64,000 nt of DNA from a virus (taxonomy: Duplodnaviria > Caudoviricetes), in the IMG/VR virus record IMGVR_UViG_3300011947_000001, positions 18,103 to 82,102 of that record; one strand, written 5' to 3'. Position numbers and translations under genes: made by a program. Below the pieces are notes generated by a model that was not told where the DNA came from, searched no databases, and saw nothing but the letters and a program-made list of their open reading frames with translations. Each line of letters begins with the position of its first letter. Within the stretch, counting starts at the first letter, position 1. Shown here piece by piece: positions 36,938 to 47,040 of this stretch.

Positions 36938-38065
36938 TTAGTAAAAAATAAAATATTCATAATCTTTATTATATTTGTCATTATGGATTTTAAAACCATC
37001 AATATCTAAATATTCAACAAACTCATCAAAATCAGCGTATTTCAGATATTCGATTATTGTGTCAGTTTCTTCAATATCTTCCAATTTAGAGTCGAGAAGT
37101 TCTTCAAAATCAGCCTTTCCACTTGACTTAACATGCTTTGCGAATAACTTAAAGAAATCTTCGGCCGAAATTTTATCTGCCAATGTTCCACCAATTTCAA
37201 TAATTTTCTTTTCTTTCAGATTGATTAATTCTGGTTCATAATCATCATCTGCATATTCCACATATTCATATGCATACTTATCAACATTGTAATGTTCATC
37301 CTTTTTAAACAAAATAATATGATCTTCATCAAGATTGTGTAATATATAATCTAACTTTTCATATTGTTCCGATTCAATCAGAAGGCACTTACCCCCAATC
37401 CAAACTTCACCCTCACTACCTTTATAGTCTTTACTTTGAATAAACTTGAACCCTAATTTATCTAAATCATACATTTCACGGATTTGTTGTTCAACGTTTT
37501 CTTGAGATTTTAAGTTGCCCCCAAAGTGATCTTTAAATTCGTCTTCAGACATACTTTCGATTTCTTCAGCTATATTACCAATACTACCTGAAGGTATACC
37601 AGCTTTTGAAAAAGTATCATTCATGGAACTCAAACTCTTACTACCAAGAGCTAATTTAACCCTTAAATCCCAAATATCTTCTGATGGTACAACCCCAATC
37701 CATGTATCGTCATATGGAATTACGTTATATACAGTCCCATATTTCTTTGCATAGTTTCTATCTGTTGATGCAATGATAGAAGCTGAACGCAATGGGTAAT
37801 CTTTGTTCTTTTCTGCAATTAATTCATCAAAAATTAAAGTATAATGATTCGATGTATTTTGTGACTTACGCTTGCCTTTCTGACCTTCAATGATATTGTA
37901 TGTTCGATGCTTACTTTTGGTTCCCCGATAAATATCAGCTTTGTTAGCCATACAATGTTTTTTGTATATTTCAACCATTTTAGCAAATGTGATATCTTCA
38001 TAATAAGCAGCATCATTATCAGCAGCTTCATTTAACACTAAAATTTTATAAGTATTGTATTTCAT
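36938..38065 (-). CDS. CTS-tagged ART-like protein, paralog 3 (C-terminal extension)
   Basis: MKYNTYKILVLNEA; IYRG, PLRSASIIAST, KYG, DIW, EVWIGGKC. Confidence 0.72.
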   Translation of the reverse strand: MKYNTYKILVLNEAADNDAAYYEDITFAKMVEIYKKHCMANKADIYRGTKSKHRTYNIIEGQKGKRKSQNTSNHYTLIFDELIAEKNKDYPLRSASIIASTDRNYAKKYGTVYNVIPYDDTWIGVVPSEDIWDLRVKLALGSKSLSSMNDTFSKAGIPSGSIGNIAEEIESMSEDEFKDHFGGNLKSQENVEQQIREMYDLDKLGFKFIQSKDYKGSEGEVWIGGKCLLIESEQYEKLDYILHNLDEDHIILFKKDEHYNVDKYAYEYVEYADDDYEPELINLKEKKIIEIGGTLADKISAEDFFKLFAKHVKSSGKADFEELLDSKLEDIEETDTIIEYLKYADFDEFVEYLDIDGFKIHNDKYNKDYEYFIFY

Positions 38066-38850
38066 TATTCGAATTTCCCATCTTTAAGCATTTTTTTATA
38101 TGTATCTAACTCAATAGCGACACATTTGCCACTAAACCAAACTTCGTGAGCACCACTAAGATCAAGTTCGTCGATTTTTCCAAACTGAAACTTCAAAACC
38201 TTAATAGGATCATATGCCACGGCTAGAACTTTTTCGACGACATCTTTCTTATCAGCCTTACTAAACGGCATTATTTTCAAATCTTGATATTCTTTTTTGA
38301 ATGCCTGATATAAATTCTTTTCTTCATAATCTGTTATATCACCTTCATCCTGTTCAAGAACTTTGGATAAATCCGAAACGATCTGTTTGAATGTTTCTGG
38401 TTCCTTTGAAAATCTATTCAAATATTCATTGAATGATCTTAGACGACCATGTTTATTTCCAAGGACAACGACGGCATCCCAAATATCATCTGATACACAC
38501 CTACCCATCTGAATACCATCATATGGAAAGATTGCATAAGTAGTACCATACATCAAAGCAGTTGCACTCCTAGTAGCACACATTAAAGACTTAGAACGCA
38601 ATGGTGCATTAATTTTCTTTAATTGTTCATCTATAATTAAAGTGTAATGATTAGTTGTATCAATTGATTTTCTTGTACGTTCTTCACCATGTAACGCAAG
38701 AAATTTACCAGATTTCTTGATGCCGCGATAAAGCGGCTTTTTCAAATCAATATTTTTACAATTCTTTTTAATCAGTTCAATTGCTTGTTCTTCGCTAATT
38801 TCCTTTTTGTAATCAGCATAGGCTTCGTTTATAAACTCAATAAACTTCAT
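38065..38850 (-). CDS. CTS-tagged ART-like protein, paralog 4
   Basis: MKFIEFINEA; LYRG, PLRSKSLMCAT, MYG, DIW, EVWFSGKC. Confidence 0.72.
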   Translation of the reverse strand: MKFIEFINEAYADYKKEISEEQAIELIKKNCKNIDLKKPLYRGIKKSGKFLALHGEERTRKSIDTTNHYTLIIDEQLKKINAPLRSKSLMCATRSATALMYGTTYAIFPYDGIQMGRCVSDDIWDAVVVLGNKHGRLRSFNEYLNRFSKEPETFKQIVSDLSKVLEQDEGDITDYEEKNLYQAFKKEYQDLKIMPFSKADKKDVVEKVLAVAYDPIKVLKFQFGKIDELDLSGAHEVWFSGKCVAIELDTYKKMLKDGKFE

Positions 38851-39683
38851 TCGAATTTCCCATTTCTTATCATCATTTTAAATTCTGTAATCTCAATAGC
38901 AACACATTTACCCCCAAACCAGAATTCATGTTCGGTATCAAGTTCATCGATTTCTAATTCCTTATACGTACCAAATTCAAATTCCAATGAATGTTCAGGA
39001 TCATAAGCCTGTTCTAGAACCCCTTCGACAACATCTTTCTTATCGACTTCATCCCATTCTTCATCATCACCCCATTCTTCCCACGTATCCTTGAATGCAG
39101 CATATATTTGACCAGCCCAACCCTTAGCGCCATCATTTGAATCATCATTAAGAAATTTTGTGATTGCATTTACAATATCGCTGTATGACTTTGGATCAGA
39201 CACAACATCATTCAAGTAATTGTTGATGTCATCAATCGTACCTCTTATATCACCCAATGCTATTCTCGTATGCCAAATATCAAAATGTGGACATTTGCCA
39301 ATTTCAGTATCATCGTATGGAAAAATTACGAACGCATCACCATAGTTATATGTATAAGATAAGTCATTGGTACAAATTAAAGATTTTCCACGAAATGGAA
39401 CCCTATTCCCATACTTCGAATTAAGAAAATGATCAATAATCAGGGTATAGTGATTGCTGGTATTTTGAGATTTTCGACTTCCTTTATCAGCCTGTATTGA
39501 ATAAAAATCTTCCCCATATTTGCGTTTCATACCACGGTATAATGGCTTTTTAATGTTTACATTCTTACAATGAGTCTTGATCAGTTTAATCGCTTCTTCT
39601 TCAGAAATAGTGTTTTTATAACTTGGTTCATCCAGAACTGGTTTCTTTCCGCTTGTTTCCAGTAGGAATGTTTTGTATTTCAT
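38847..39683 (-). CDS. CTS-tagged ART-like protein, paralog 5
   Basis: Start moved to MKYKTFLLET (39683); LYRG, PFRGKSLICTN, NYG, DIW, EFWFGGKC. Confidence 0.72.
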   Translation of the reverse strand: MKYKTFLLETSGKKPVLDEPSYKNTISEEEAIKLIKTHCKNVNIKKPLYRGMKRKYGEDFYSIQADKGSRKSQNTSNHYTLIIDHFLNSKYGNRVPFRGKSLICTNDLSYTYNYGDAFVIFPYDDTEIGKCPHFDIWHTRIALGDIRGTIDDINNYLNDVVSDPKSYSDIVNAITKFLNDDSNDGAKGWAGQIYAAFKDTWEEWGDDEEWDEVDKKDVVEGVLEQAYDPEHSLEFEFGTYKELEIDELDTEHEFWFGGKCVAIEITEFKMMIRNGKFE

Positions 39684-39804
39684 TATGTATATCTCAAATG
39701 ATTTGTATCTGATTATATTTAGAATATTTGGCGATTTGACTATTTTAATCATATTTGATACTATTTAATCATCAGATAGATCATTGGATTATCAGGAAAA
39801 CGTC

Positions 39805-40422
39805 ATGAATAAGAAATCACTTTACTTCGCAAATCGCATCTCTCGTCACGCTAATGTTGCAGCTAGAATCACTGAACACAACATGAAAGATTCTTATTGG
39901 GCGAATTACTTCAACGTTGATCCAAATGATCCAGAATTGTTCTATCATGGTAGTCCTGTTCAATCACATTTTGTCGATTTAGTTAGAAAACTTCGCCTTC
40001 ATCATGGCGAAACTTATAGCGTTGAAGTGACAATTGGGAACCCACTTCGCGAAGCAATCAAAAAACATACTGCTGGCGTTGCTGATCCAGATAAAGTGAT
40101 TGATATTACACTTGACCTAATCAACAAAACTCGTTTATTCATGGATGACTGTAACAACACCGCTAAAACTGTGTTTAAAGATATCCTTCATATCTGTGCT
40201 GAAGATTTTGGTGCTGGTAAAGCCCTGAAAATTGTAATTGAAGTTATCGATAATGTTGAAGAAGGTTCTTTAGCGTATGACTTCAAAGCGAAGAAATACA
40301 TCCACAATGCCAATGAAATTGACTATGGTACTTGTGTTCTGACTAAAGACCTTCTGAAATCAATCATCAATATACGTGATCATAATGAGATTATTGAAAA
40401 ATTGTACGGTTTCACATTATAA
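39805..40422 (+). CDS. Hypothetical protein
   Basis: ORF with AGGA SD before ATG 39805. Confidence 0.7.
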   Translation: MNKKSLYFANRISRHANVAARITEHNMKDSYWANYFNVDPNDPELFYHGSPVQSHFVDLVRKLRLHHGETYSVEVTIGNPLREAIKKHTAGVADPDKVIDITLDLINKTRLFMDDCNNTAKTVFKDILHICAEDFGAGKALKIVIEVIDNVEEGSLAYDFKAKKYIHNANEIDYGTCVLTKDLLKSIINIRDHNEIIEKLYGFTL

Positions 40423-40531
40423 ATATACTCCTTTTCCCCAAATATGCTAAATAAACATATAGATTTAGCATATTTGGTCATATCCAATTATAAAAATAAT
40501 ATCATAACAAGAAAATAAAGAGGAAAAGAAC

Positions 40532-41128
40532 ATGTCATTCGCTGACTTTTTAACTGAAGCCAAAGCAGCATTAAAACGTAAATACAAGATTCGCTTCAAC
40601 CTTGGTAAAGGCGAACACTTTATGTTTTGGCAAATCGAAAATCTAGAAACTGGTGAAAAAGTTTACTACGATCCTAAGAAATATTCACTTGCTTTAGAAA
40701 ACGCTAAACTACATAACCAAAAAGGCGGCGCTAACAAGATCAATACTGGGGAAACTACCAAAACTGTTGTTGCATGGACTGAAGCAGAAAAAGTAATCGT
40801 ACTTAAAGCAAAATCACTAAGCCCTGCTTTATATGGCACTCGTTTAGCCTACAATCCACACGTTCTTCCATTCTGGCATCGTACTGCTACTGAAGAAGAA
40901 ACTAAGTCTGGTAAAGCAACCAAGGTTCCAGAAAAAAATACCCGTGGCGATGATATTAAAAATGCTGGTGAAATGGTTGTTGATATCGACAAAACCAAAT
41001 ATACAAATGTTCTAACTGACGGTAGCAGCATGTATGTTCTTAAAGATGCTAAACTTAAAGAACTGGAAGATGATATTGAAAAAGACCAGACTAAACAACT
41101 TTATGAAGCAGTTGAAATCATTGAATAA
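40532..41128 (+). CDS. Putative internal head protein (CTS)
   Basis: MSFADFLTEA; CTAAATA upstream. Confidence 0.72.
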   Translation: MSFADFLTEAKAALKRKYKIRFNLGKGEHFMFWQIENLETGEKVYYDPKKYSLALENAKLHNQKGGANKINTGETTKTVVAWTEAEKVIVLKAKSLSPALYGTRLAYNPHVLPFWHRTATEEETKSGKATKVPEKNTRGDDIKNAGEMVVDIDKTKYTNVLTDGSSMYVLKDAKLKELEDDIEKDQTKQLYEAVEIIE

Positions 41129-41140
41129 TATTCAATAGTT

Positions 41141-41169
41141 AAAAAAGCCGATCATTGATCGGCTTTTTT
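41141..41169. terminator. Bidirectional terminator
   Basis: A6-GCCGATCA-T-TGATCGGC-T6. Confidence 0.7.
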
Positions 41170-41589
41170 AACACCACGGATTTTTATGCCATAGCTTTGA
41201 TCTTCAAATGAATATATAAACCTAAAATCCGACAATACGATATCATTGACATCATTATACATATAAGTTTGAGTCATAAATTGTTGATCATTATAGACGA
41301 ATGTTGGGGAATCTACGATCCCAATGTTCAACTTTTTTAGGTCTAAAAATGAAATGAAGTATTCACGAAATCTACTACGTGTAATGAATTGAATATAGGC
41401 TTTATCAGTTATATTCGGTAAACTTTCCAGATACTTCATAATAGAATCTTTAACACCACAACCCAAATGAGGAATTTTATAATCATCGAATTCAATATAC
41501 GTTTTGTTACTGAAATCATCCGCATTTTTAGTGCGGGTAAATTTGACAGTCAATTCATCAACATTAAGAAAATCTAATACTTCATTCAT
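41152..41589 (-). CDS. Hypothetical protein
   Basis: 145 aa ORF. Confidence 0.6.
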   Translation of the reverse strand: MNEVLDFLNVDELTVKFTRTKNADDFSNKTYIEFDDYKIPHLGCGVKDSIMKYLESLPNITDKAYIQFITRSRFREYFISFLDLKKLNIGIVDSPTFVYNDQQFMTQTYMYNDVNDIVLSDFRFIYSFEDQSYGIKIRGVKKADQ

Positions 41590-41640
41590 GGAACAACACC
41601 TGCATAATATAAAAATCTATTTATGCAGGTGCATTTGGTC

Positions 41641-41958
41641 TTATCCATAAAGTTTATGACAATATGATTCGATGATATTCAATGCTTCAGCATCAGTGAA
41701 TTTTCCCCATTTGAAGAATCCATCAGCACCACCTTCCAACACATCCATATATGCCATTAATGGGATTTCAGATTGAATAACTTCATATATGTTGCGAACA
41801 TGGTCATATAACCAAGCTGTCATCTGCTTACATTCATCTAAGAATAACACATTGTTGAAATCGCCATTATATTTTCTATATACAAGTTTGAATATCGCGT
41901 TTGCAAACGCAGCACGATCATCCAGATAATTCCAGTTAAAATATTCTTCTTCAGCCAT
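41641..41958 (-). CDS. Hypothetical protein
   Basis: 105 aa ORF. Confidence 0.65.
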   Translation of the reverse strand: MAEEEYFNWNYLDDRAAFANAIFKLVYRKYNGDFNNVLFLDECKQMTAWLYDHVRNIYEVIQSEIPLMAYMDVLEGGADGFFKWGKFTDAEALNIIESYCHKLYG

Positions 41959-43342
41959 TATTTTTCGCCTTCATAGTTACTAATACATTTTCATTGGAAT
42001 CCCAATTACCGAATTCATAATTATATTCAACAACAATATCTTCCCCAAGGGCCGATACATCCAGAATAGTATGGGAGCCGATTCCATTTTGATTATCTTT
42101 AAAATCATCATAATCTACTATATGTACCGCCCAAAGATCAGTACACACATAACCCATATTTTCATAATTAGGAAAATCTTCTTCACAAATACAATCTTCA
42201 CAATCACAATGACATTCATCATCACTTCTACCGATAATGACTTCGCCTTTATTGTTCTGTAAAATATCAGGAGATGTATTACCACAATGCATATATAGGA
42301 AATTATGGTTAGCCCAATGATTAATCATCCTCATCATACCAAATTTATAATTGATGGAATTATATCCTACCATCTCATTTTCCTGATAGATTGGTAATGA
42401 ATCTAGGATGTTAGCTATCACAATCTTTCCAGATGGACACTTAAAATCGTATTTGAATATCTTCTGATCATAAATTTCAGTGCAAGGGTTTTCTAATGAA
42501 CCGTACTGACCTGCATTCCTTTCCACATAAGTCTTATGACTTTTATTAAATTCATCATGGATGGAAACATTCACAGTTAGGTTCTTAAAATCAAAATCAT
42601 AATGGGCAGACATAGTATATTGACAACAATCACATTTGATCACGCTATGTGAATCAATACCGTTTTCAATAATATAATTGATGAATTCTTCGCTGTTCAT
42701 CATATCTATACCATATTTGCTAAGATCACCATCACGTTCTTTTAACATTTTAACCAACGATATTGTCAGTCCTGATGATGCTTTTTGGTAAAAATCATTT
42801 CCACCTTCAATAATATTTCTGAAAACGTGTATATCATGATTAGTGATGCGATCATCAATCACATTCACTTTGAACAATGGGTATATTTCATCAATCTTAT
42901 TGTATATCTCAATATTTGGATGGTGTAGAATATATTCAGCCAGTGGGAATAGATCGACATAATGATTCTTACATTCCTTATGTTCATCTTTTATTGCTTC
43001 ATCAAACCATAGACCAATTACACCTTCATTGAAATCCATCGTAAAACGCGCTTTAACGCTCGTTAGACAGCGATCACACTTAACCTGTACATGAGTATCA
43101 ATACCATATTGAATGACGTGATGTGGGCCTTTCTGTTCCATCAAAACATCGAATTTATCATACACCGTGGTTGCTAGGGCATGAGGGTAATACTTCTGAA
43201 TTAAAAAGATGTGATCCCCAACAAAATAATTTGAATTGGCATATTTCATATCCAATTTCATATTTGTGATCAATGCGGTTAACTTCTCCATAGTGGATAA
43301 AGTTTTATCTGTGACAATCGCTTTTAATTCTTCTTTCATCAT
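41951..43342 (-). CDS. Cys-rich hypothetical protein with internal duplication
   Basis: VKCDRC...FTMDF and IKCDCC...YDFDF repeats; CHCDCEDCIC; VCTDLWAV. Confidence 0.75.
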   Translation of the reverse strand: MMKEELKAIVTDKTLSTMEKLTALITNMKLDMKYANSNYFVGDHIFLIQKYYPHALATTVYDKFDVLMEQKGPHHVIQYGIDTHVQVKCDRCLTSVKARFTMDFNEGVIGLWFDEAIKDEHKECKNHYVDLFPLAEYILHHPNIEIYNKIDEIYPLFKVNVIDDRITNHDIHVFRNIIEGGNDFYQKASSGLTISLVKMLKERDGDLSKYGIDMMNSEEFINYIIENGIDSHSVIKCDCCQYTMSAHYDFDFKNLTVNVSIHDEFNKSHKTYVERNAGQYGSLENPCTEIYDQKIFKYDFKCPSGKIVIANILDSLPIYQENEMVGYNSINYKFGMMRMINHWANHNFLYMHCGNTSPDILQNNKGEVIIGRSDDECHCDCEDCICEEDFPNYENMGYVCTDLWAVHIVDYDDFKDNQNGIGSHTILDVSALGEDIVVEYNYEFGNWDSNENVLVTMKAKNNG

Positions 43343-43665
43343 ATATTCTCAATCATATTAATTACACTATCGCCACCGCTGTAATACTGTTGGATATATG
43401 GCTTAATTTCCCCCACAATTTCCAATCCATATTTGGCGGCGCATTCTATAAGGTGTTCTTTCTCTTTAATAATAGCAGCTTCATCATACAGTTTAAACTC
43501 AAAATCCCAACATTCTTTGTAAAAAGAATAGGTATACATGAATTTACCATTGTATGTTAACCCCACTTCATCATAATTAATATCGTTACGCATATTGAAT
43601 TCTTCATGGTCGATTGGTTCTTTTAATTCTACAATCGCACCATATGTTATATATGTTTCCGACAT
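43339..43665 (-). CDS. Hypothetical protein
   Basis: Start moved to 43665 (GGAG SD). Confidence 0.65.
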   Translation of the reverse strand: MSETYITYGAIVELKEPIDHEEFNMRNDINYDEVGLTYNGKFMYTYSFYKECWDFEFKLYDEAAIIKEKEHLIECAAKYGLEIVGEIKPYIQQYYSGGDSVINMIENI

Positions 43666-44034
43666 TATTTCTCTCCATAAAAAAAGTCGGTTATGTCTAG
43701 GGGAAGCATAACCGACTATAAAAAGAATATGTTTGTGTATCTTTAAGTGTCTTACGTTTATCAATACACATTCATGGAGATAGTGACTATATACAATCAG
43801 TCATCAGTACGTTCCAATTTACCGAATACCATTATTTCTAATGATACCTTTACCTAATCAAAGCAGAATTTTGGCAAACTCGTTGTCGCTCTAAGATTAA
43901 TGGTAACAGTTTGATTGTGCTTTTGTTCAATCATTCCTTGAATACAAATATACTAAAACAAATTTGATGTGTCAAATATTTTTATAAATATTTTTAATTA
44001 AATATAGATATAATAAATCTATTGGAAATTAGAC

Positions 44035-44502
44035 ATGAAATTTAAAGACTATCTAGCTGAAGAAGAACTAAAACATAAGTTGTATACGAAAGAAGAAATT
44101 CGTGAACTTCGCGCTAAAAGTAAAGCTGATGCTGATAAACAATCAACTGAAGATAATGATCAAAAGGAAGATACAGAATCTTCAGCAAATAAAAATGCAG
44201 AAGATACCAGTGATAGTATCATTGGAGAAATAAAAGCGGCCTTAAAACAAGTTACTGAAGATGCAGACATAGTTACTGATGCTGATGTTTATATTGCTAA
44301 ACAAGATGCCAAAGAATATCTTGGATATTTTGTTTATAAAAAAGCTATTGGTGATGAACAAGATGATTTCTATGTAGGGAAATTCATATATCGTGTCACT
44401 GAACAAAAACTAGAAAGCTTAATTGATGATATTAAGGAATCATTCAAGAATCTGGCTGAAGCTGAAGAATACATCAAAAGCTATCAAGGCGTAAAAGCAT
44501 AA
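44035..44502 (+). CDS. Putative internal head protein (CTS), acidic
   Basis: MKFKDYLAEE; TATAAATA at 43983-43990. Confidence 0.72.
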   Translation: MKFKDYLAEEELKHKLYTKEEIRELRAKSKADADKQSTEDNDQKEDTESSANKNAEDTSDSIIGEIKAALKQVTEDADIVTDADVYIAKQDAKEYLGYFVYKKAIGDEQDDFYVGKFIYRVTEQKLESLIDDIKESFKNLAEAEEYIKSYQGVKA

Positions 44503-44503
44503 T

Positions 44504-44529
44504 AAAAAAGACCTGTAATCAGGTCTTTT
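44504..44529. terminator. Bidirectional terminator
   Basis: AAAAAAGACCTG-TAAT-CAGGTCTTTT. Confidence 0.7.
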
Positions 44530-44534
44530 CTTTT

Positions 44535-44789
44535 TTAGTTGATTAGAACAATTGGTTCCAATTCATCTTTATAGTCTTCATATTCTTCTGGATCGTTTTC
44601 TTTATCGATCACAGTATCGAAAGAATACCCATCTTCCTCAATCATTTTATAACGCACCGATGGACTGAATACGCTGGTTGAATAACCATTACCTTCATCA
44701 TCTTTGGCATATGCCACTTCAACGTCGCCTAGTTCTGGATTTGCTGCAAGCAATTCCTGTAATTGTTGAATATATTCATTCAATTTCAT
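44535..44789 (-). CDS. Conserved small phage protein
   Basis: MKLNEYIQQL...YAKDDEGNGY pattern. Confidence 0.7.
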   Translation of the reverse strand: MKLNEYIQQLQELLAANPELGDVEVAYAKDDEGNGYSTSVFSPSVRYKMIEEDGYSFDTVIDKENDPEEYEDYKDELEPIVLIN

Positions 44790-45066
44790 TTTGTTCACCA
44801 TCCTTCATTAAATCAGATTTACGGATATGGTGATGACCACCAAACCCAAACAATCCCCAACCAGCATTAGGTTTTTGTGCACCAGTACAGTTATCACATA
44901 GCGGGAAACCACAAACAAATTGTGCTGTATGGTCACATTCGCCAGTAGCTTGTTCCCCACATACGCAACACTTAATATCCTTGTGATCCTTACAACCACA
45001 TTCAGAATCTTCAATTTCGACCTTACAGCGGCCTACCCAAGCTTTATCAAAGTTACACTTCTTCAT
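44776..45066 (-). CDS. Cys-rich hypothetical protein
   Basis: Several CxxC-type motifs (CCVCG, CDH, LCDNC). Confidence 0.65.
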   Translation of the reverse strand: MKKCNFDKAWVGRCKVEIEDSECGCKDHKDIKCCVCGEQATGECDHTAQFVCGFPLCDNCTGAQKPNAGWGLFGFGGHHHIRKSDLMKDGEQNEIE

Positions 45067-45502
45067 AATCATCTTCCTTTTGAACACTTATATTCGGTTC
45101 ATATTTGCCAAACAACACAATATATGTATGTTCAACATCCCCACCTTCTGGATGTGGATCATGCCATAATTTACCATTGTGATAGATTACACAATGCATA
45201 TAATCACGTGGGGATTTTCCGACAACTTGATAATATATATTAGGATTGGCTTTTAAATGTTCCTGAATCACTTCATCATCATATAGATACCAGTATTCAG
45301 CAAGATCATATTTCTTCAGGAAATCAGCGATTCGTTCATTGAATATCCGATTCTTTTCTTCTTGTGGCAAATCACAATCTTCACCTAGACCGTGATTATA
45401 ATAAGGTACTTCATCGATTGATAAACCAAGGAACGTGGCGTGAACTGCTGAAGCACAATTCCCACCTAATCCAAATTTAGTTTGATAAACTTTCTGAAAC
45501 AT
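45053..45502 (-). CDS. Conserved phage hypothetical protein
   Basis: Q...GNCASA...L.IDEVP...GKSPR...HCVI....WHDPHP pattern. Confidence 0.72.
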   Translation of the reverse strand: MFQKVYQTKFGLGGNCASAVHATFLGLSIDEVPYYNHGLGEDCDLPQEEKNRIFNERIADFLKKYDLAEYWYLYDDEVIQEHLKANPNIYYQVVGKSPRDYMHCVIYHNGKLWHDPHPEGGDVEHTYIVLFGKYEPNISVQKEDDYEEV

Positions 45503-45942
45503 TAAATCACCAGTGCATAGTATTGTTTCTTTTCCGATGTATCATTTGCGTCACCAGTAAATGGTAAATGGCCGCCAGCATCCAGAATTAATTTGCAGAA
45601 TTCAAAATCACATGCATTTGGATATATTCGTTTATCTGGAATGAAATCTATATTCTTTTCGATTTCAATTATGTTATATGAATATATGCATGGTTTCCCA
45701 TTCATTTCACCTTTTATATGGTGTTTAAATTCAGATGATTCATTCTCATATGACCAGTCATATACTAGCGTAACAATCTGACCATCCTTGAGATATACAT
45801 GCCATGTATCACGGTTACATGTATATCCATACAATAATGTGCGATCTGTTTTATTAATCAGATCATCCACACTAATGATATGAGGAACACCACGATATGT
45901 TTTTAATATTTCGAATTCTTTCTGGTTCATACACATACCCAA
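45502..45942 (-). CDS. Conserved phage hypothetical protein
   Basis: DRTLLYGYTCNRDTWHVYL...P.KR.YP..CD.EFC pattern. Confidence 0.72.
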   Translation of the reverse strand: MGMCMNQKEFEILKTYRGVPHIISVDDLINKTDRTLLYGYTCNRDTWHVYLKDGQIVTLVYDWSYENESSEFKHHIKGEMNGKPCIYSYNIIEIEKNIDFIPDKRIYPNACDFEFCKLILDAGGHLPFTGDANDTSEKKQYYALVI

Positions 45943-45989
45943 AAGTGCTAATAGATCAACATATTAGCACATAATATATTCAATGGAAA

Positions 45990-46817
45990 TCAAATTTGAT
46001 CTTGTTTATTGTCCTTCTTTGTAATAACCATCTTATGAGGACGCTTATAGAAAGAATGTGTTTCTGACTTAGTTGACTTCTCAAAAGAAGCTGTGAATTC
46101 AACTTCATCACCAGCATCAATTGATACATTGCTTGGTTCAGTACCATAGCAAGTGCTATCGTTATCCAGATGGATCAGAAGCTTGCGAACAAACCCAACA
46201 CCCCCACTGGTATAAAATTCATCTACAGTGGTTTTGATCACTTTACCTTTTACACGTTCACGGCCAACAATTGCTTGACCTGTGTAAAGCTGACGTTCAG
46301 TGTTTTCAACTGCATCTCTGATTGCTGCAATGAAACGATCCAGCATTGATTGGTTGCATGCTTCCATGTAAAGGTAGCAAACCGATACGTCGTTCACACT
46401 CCAAGCTTTACCTTTGGCAAAGTAGATGTAGAAGTTATCTTTCAGTTCAGCAATAATCTGATCTGCAAGTTCTTCATTTACTTTAAGCTTTCCACGTGGA
46501 CGGTAACGTTCCACATTACGTGCATGGCTTACGAAACGACTATAATCTAAATAGTCATCACCAGTTAATGGAATTGGAAGATATTGACCTTTGGCAAAAA
46601 TAGCTTCATCGTAGTTACCAATGTAATCAACAGCATAATTGACAGGTAGTTGATAACCATCACATGGTGCATGAAGACGACCTTGGCGATCCATAGTTGG
46701 AGGAATATTAGAGTTCGCTTCACTCCAAGCATTTTCTAACCGCTTGATATTTGCAGATTGACGCTCTTTAAGTTCTTCAACAACAGTAGCGAAAGCATTC
46801 ATTACAACTTCGATCAT
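45990..46817 (-). CDS. Hypothetical early protein (OB-like C-terminus possible)
   Basis: 275 aa ORF behind a sigma70 promoter; HAPCDGY, G.YLP motifs. Confidence 0.72.
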   Translation of the reverse strand: MIEVVMNAFATVVEELKERQSANIKRLENAWSEANSNIPPTMDRQGRLHAPCDGYQLPVNYAVDYIGNYDEAIFAKGQYLPIPLTGDDYLDYSRFVSHARNVERYRPRGKLKVNEELADQIIAELKDNFYIYFAKGKAWSVNDVSVCYLYMEACNQSMLDRFIAAIRDAVENTERQLYTGQAIVGRERVKGKVIKTTVDEFYTSGGVGFVRKLLIHLDNDSTCYGTEPSNVSIDAGDEVEFTASFEKSTKSETHSFYKRPHKMVITKKDNKQDQI

Positions 46818-46856
46818 GGTGTATCCTCTATATTCATCAATATATCCAATACGGCA

Positions 46857-46886
46857 ATCTTATCAAATTTGTATATACATTGTCAA
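46857..46886 (-). promoter_or_regulatory. Sigma70-type early promoter
   Basis: TTGACA-18 nt-TAAGAT; spacer contains TGTATATACA. Confidence 0.7.
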
Positions 46887-46944
46887 ATATGATAATAGTT
46901 ACCATATTGGTTAAATATCGTGATGATGGTTTATCCAGACTAAG

Positions 46945-46969
46945 AAAAAGGCGTGTAACGCGCCTTTTT
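46945..46969. terminator. Intrinsic terminator
   Basis: AAAAAGGCG-TGTAACG-CGCCTTTTT. Confidence 0.65.
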
Positions 46970-47040
46970 CATTCTTTGTCAATCAATCCATCAGTGATTC
47001 CATGATCTATCACTTCTTCAATAAAATCTTTATATTTCAT
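46969..47040 (-). CDS. 23 aa micro-ORF consisting mostly of a CTS motif
   Basis: MKYKDFIEEVIDHGITDGLIDKE*; start overlaps the stop of paralog 6; followed by a terminator. Confidence 0.45.
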   Translation of the reverse strand: MKYKDFIEEVIDHGITDGLIDKE

